A stretch of 63,803 nucleotides of DNA, the filler included, from Octopus bimaculoides (Eukaryota): NCBI RefSeq assembly GCF_001194135.2. It is 4 parts of 4 records of this genome, joined end to end, with 100 filler letters (N's around TTAATTAATTAA, not from the genome) between each part and the next. Parts side by side here need not be neighbours in the genome. Positions count along the whole stretch, not along the records: positions 61,851 to 63,803 come from NW_026367399.1; 3 more parts are not named here. The stretch is one strand, 5' to 3'. Each line of letters starts with the position of its first letter. Positions within the stretch are counted from its first letter, which is position 1. Position numbers and translations under genes: made by a program. Shown here one piece after another: positions 63,741 through 63,803 of the stretch. Under the pieces are notes generated by a model. That model was not told the DNA's origin. It saw only the letters and a program-made list of their open reading frames with translations, and searched no databases.

Positions 63741-63803
63741 GCTTGTGCTTAAACCTCTGGAAATAATGTATCTGTTTATGGAGATGAAATCAGACATGCA
63801 GCC

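Overview
AT-rich eukaryotic scaffold, saturated with microsatellites and SINEs, with many N gaps. The repeat families point to an octopus/coleoid cephalopod (inference). One protein-coding gene is fully recoverable: INSIG (+ strand, five coding exons 22937-28524, 201 aa). It keeps the vertebrate exon sizes and a U12-type intron. Its probable non-coding first exon (donor at 10160/10161) lies behind an SRE + CCAAT + GC-box promoter. About 0.9 kb away, on the opposite strand, is a coding first exon resembling the invertebrate CCDC93 N-terminus, which would reproduce the human head-to-head CCDC93-INSIG2 pair. The remainder is mobile DNA: several tRNA-derived SINE families, RTE, L1/Tx1 and Penelope-like fragments, TTAA MITEs, an orphan 5S rRNA copy and tRNA-Leu/Ile-derived copies. 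The most unusual element is a ~460-bp fold-back repeat (52290-52750) with a minimal type-I hammerhead ribozyme motif at its apex; a second, disrupted copy lies at ~50843-51032. Almost all entries in the supplied ORF track are microsatellite or gap artefacts. All calls were made by eye, without database searches.
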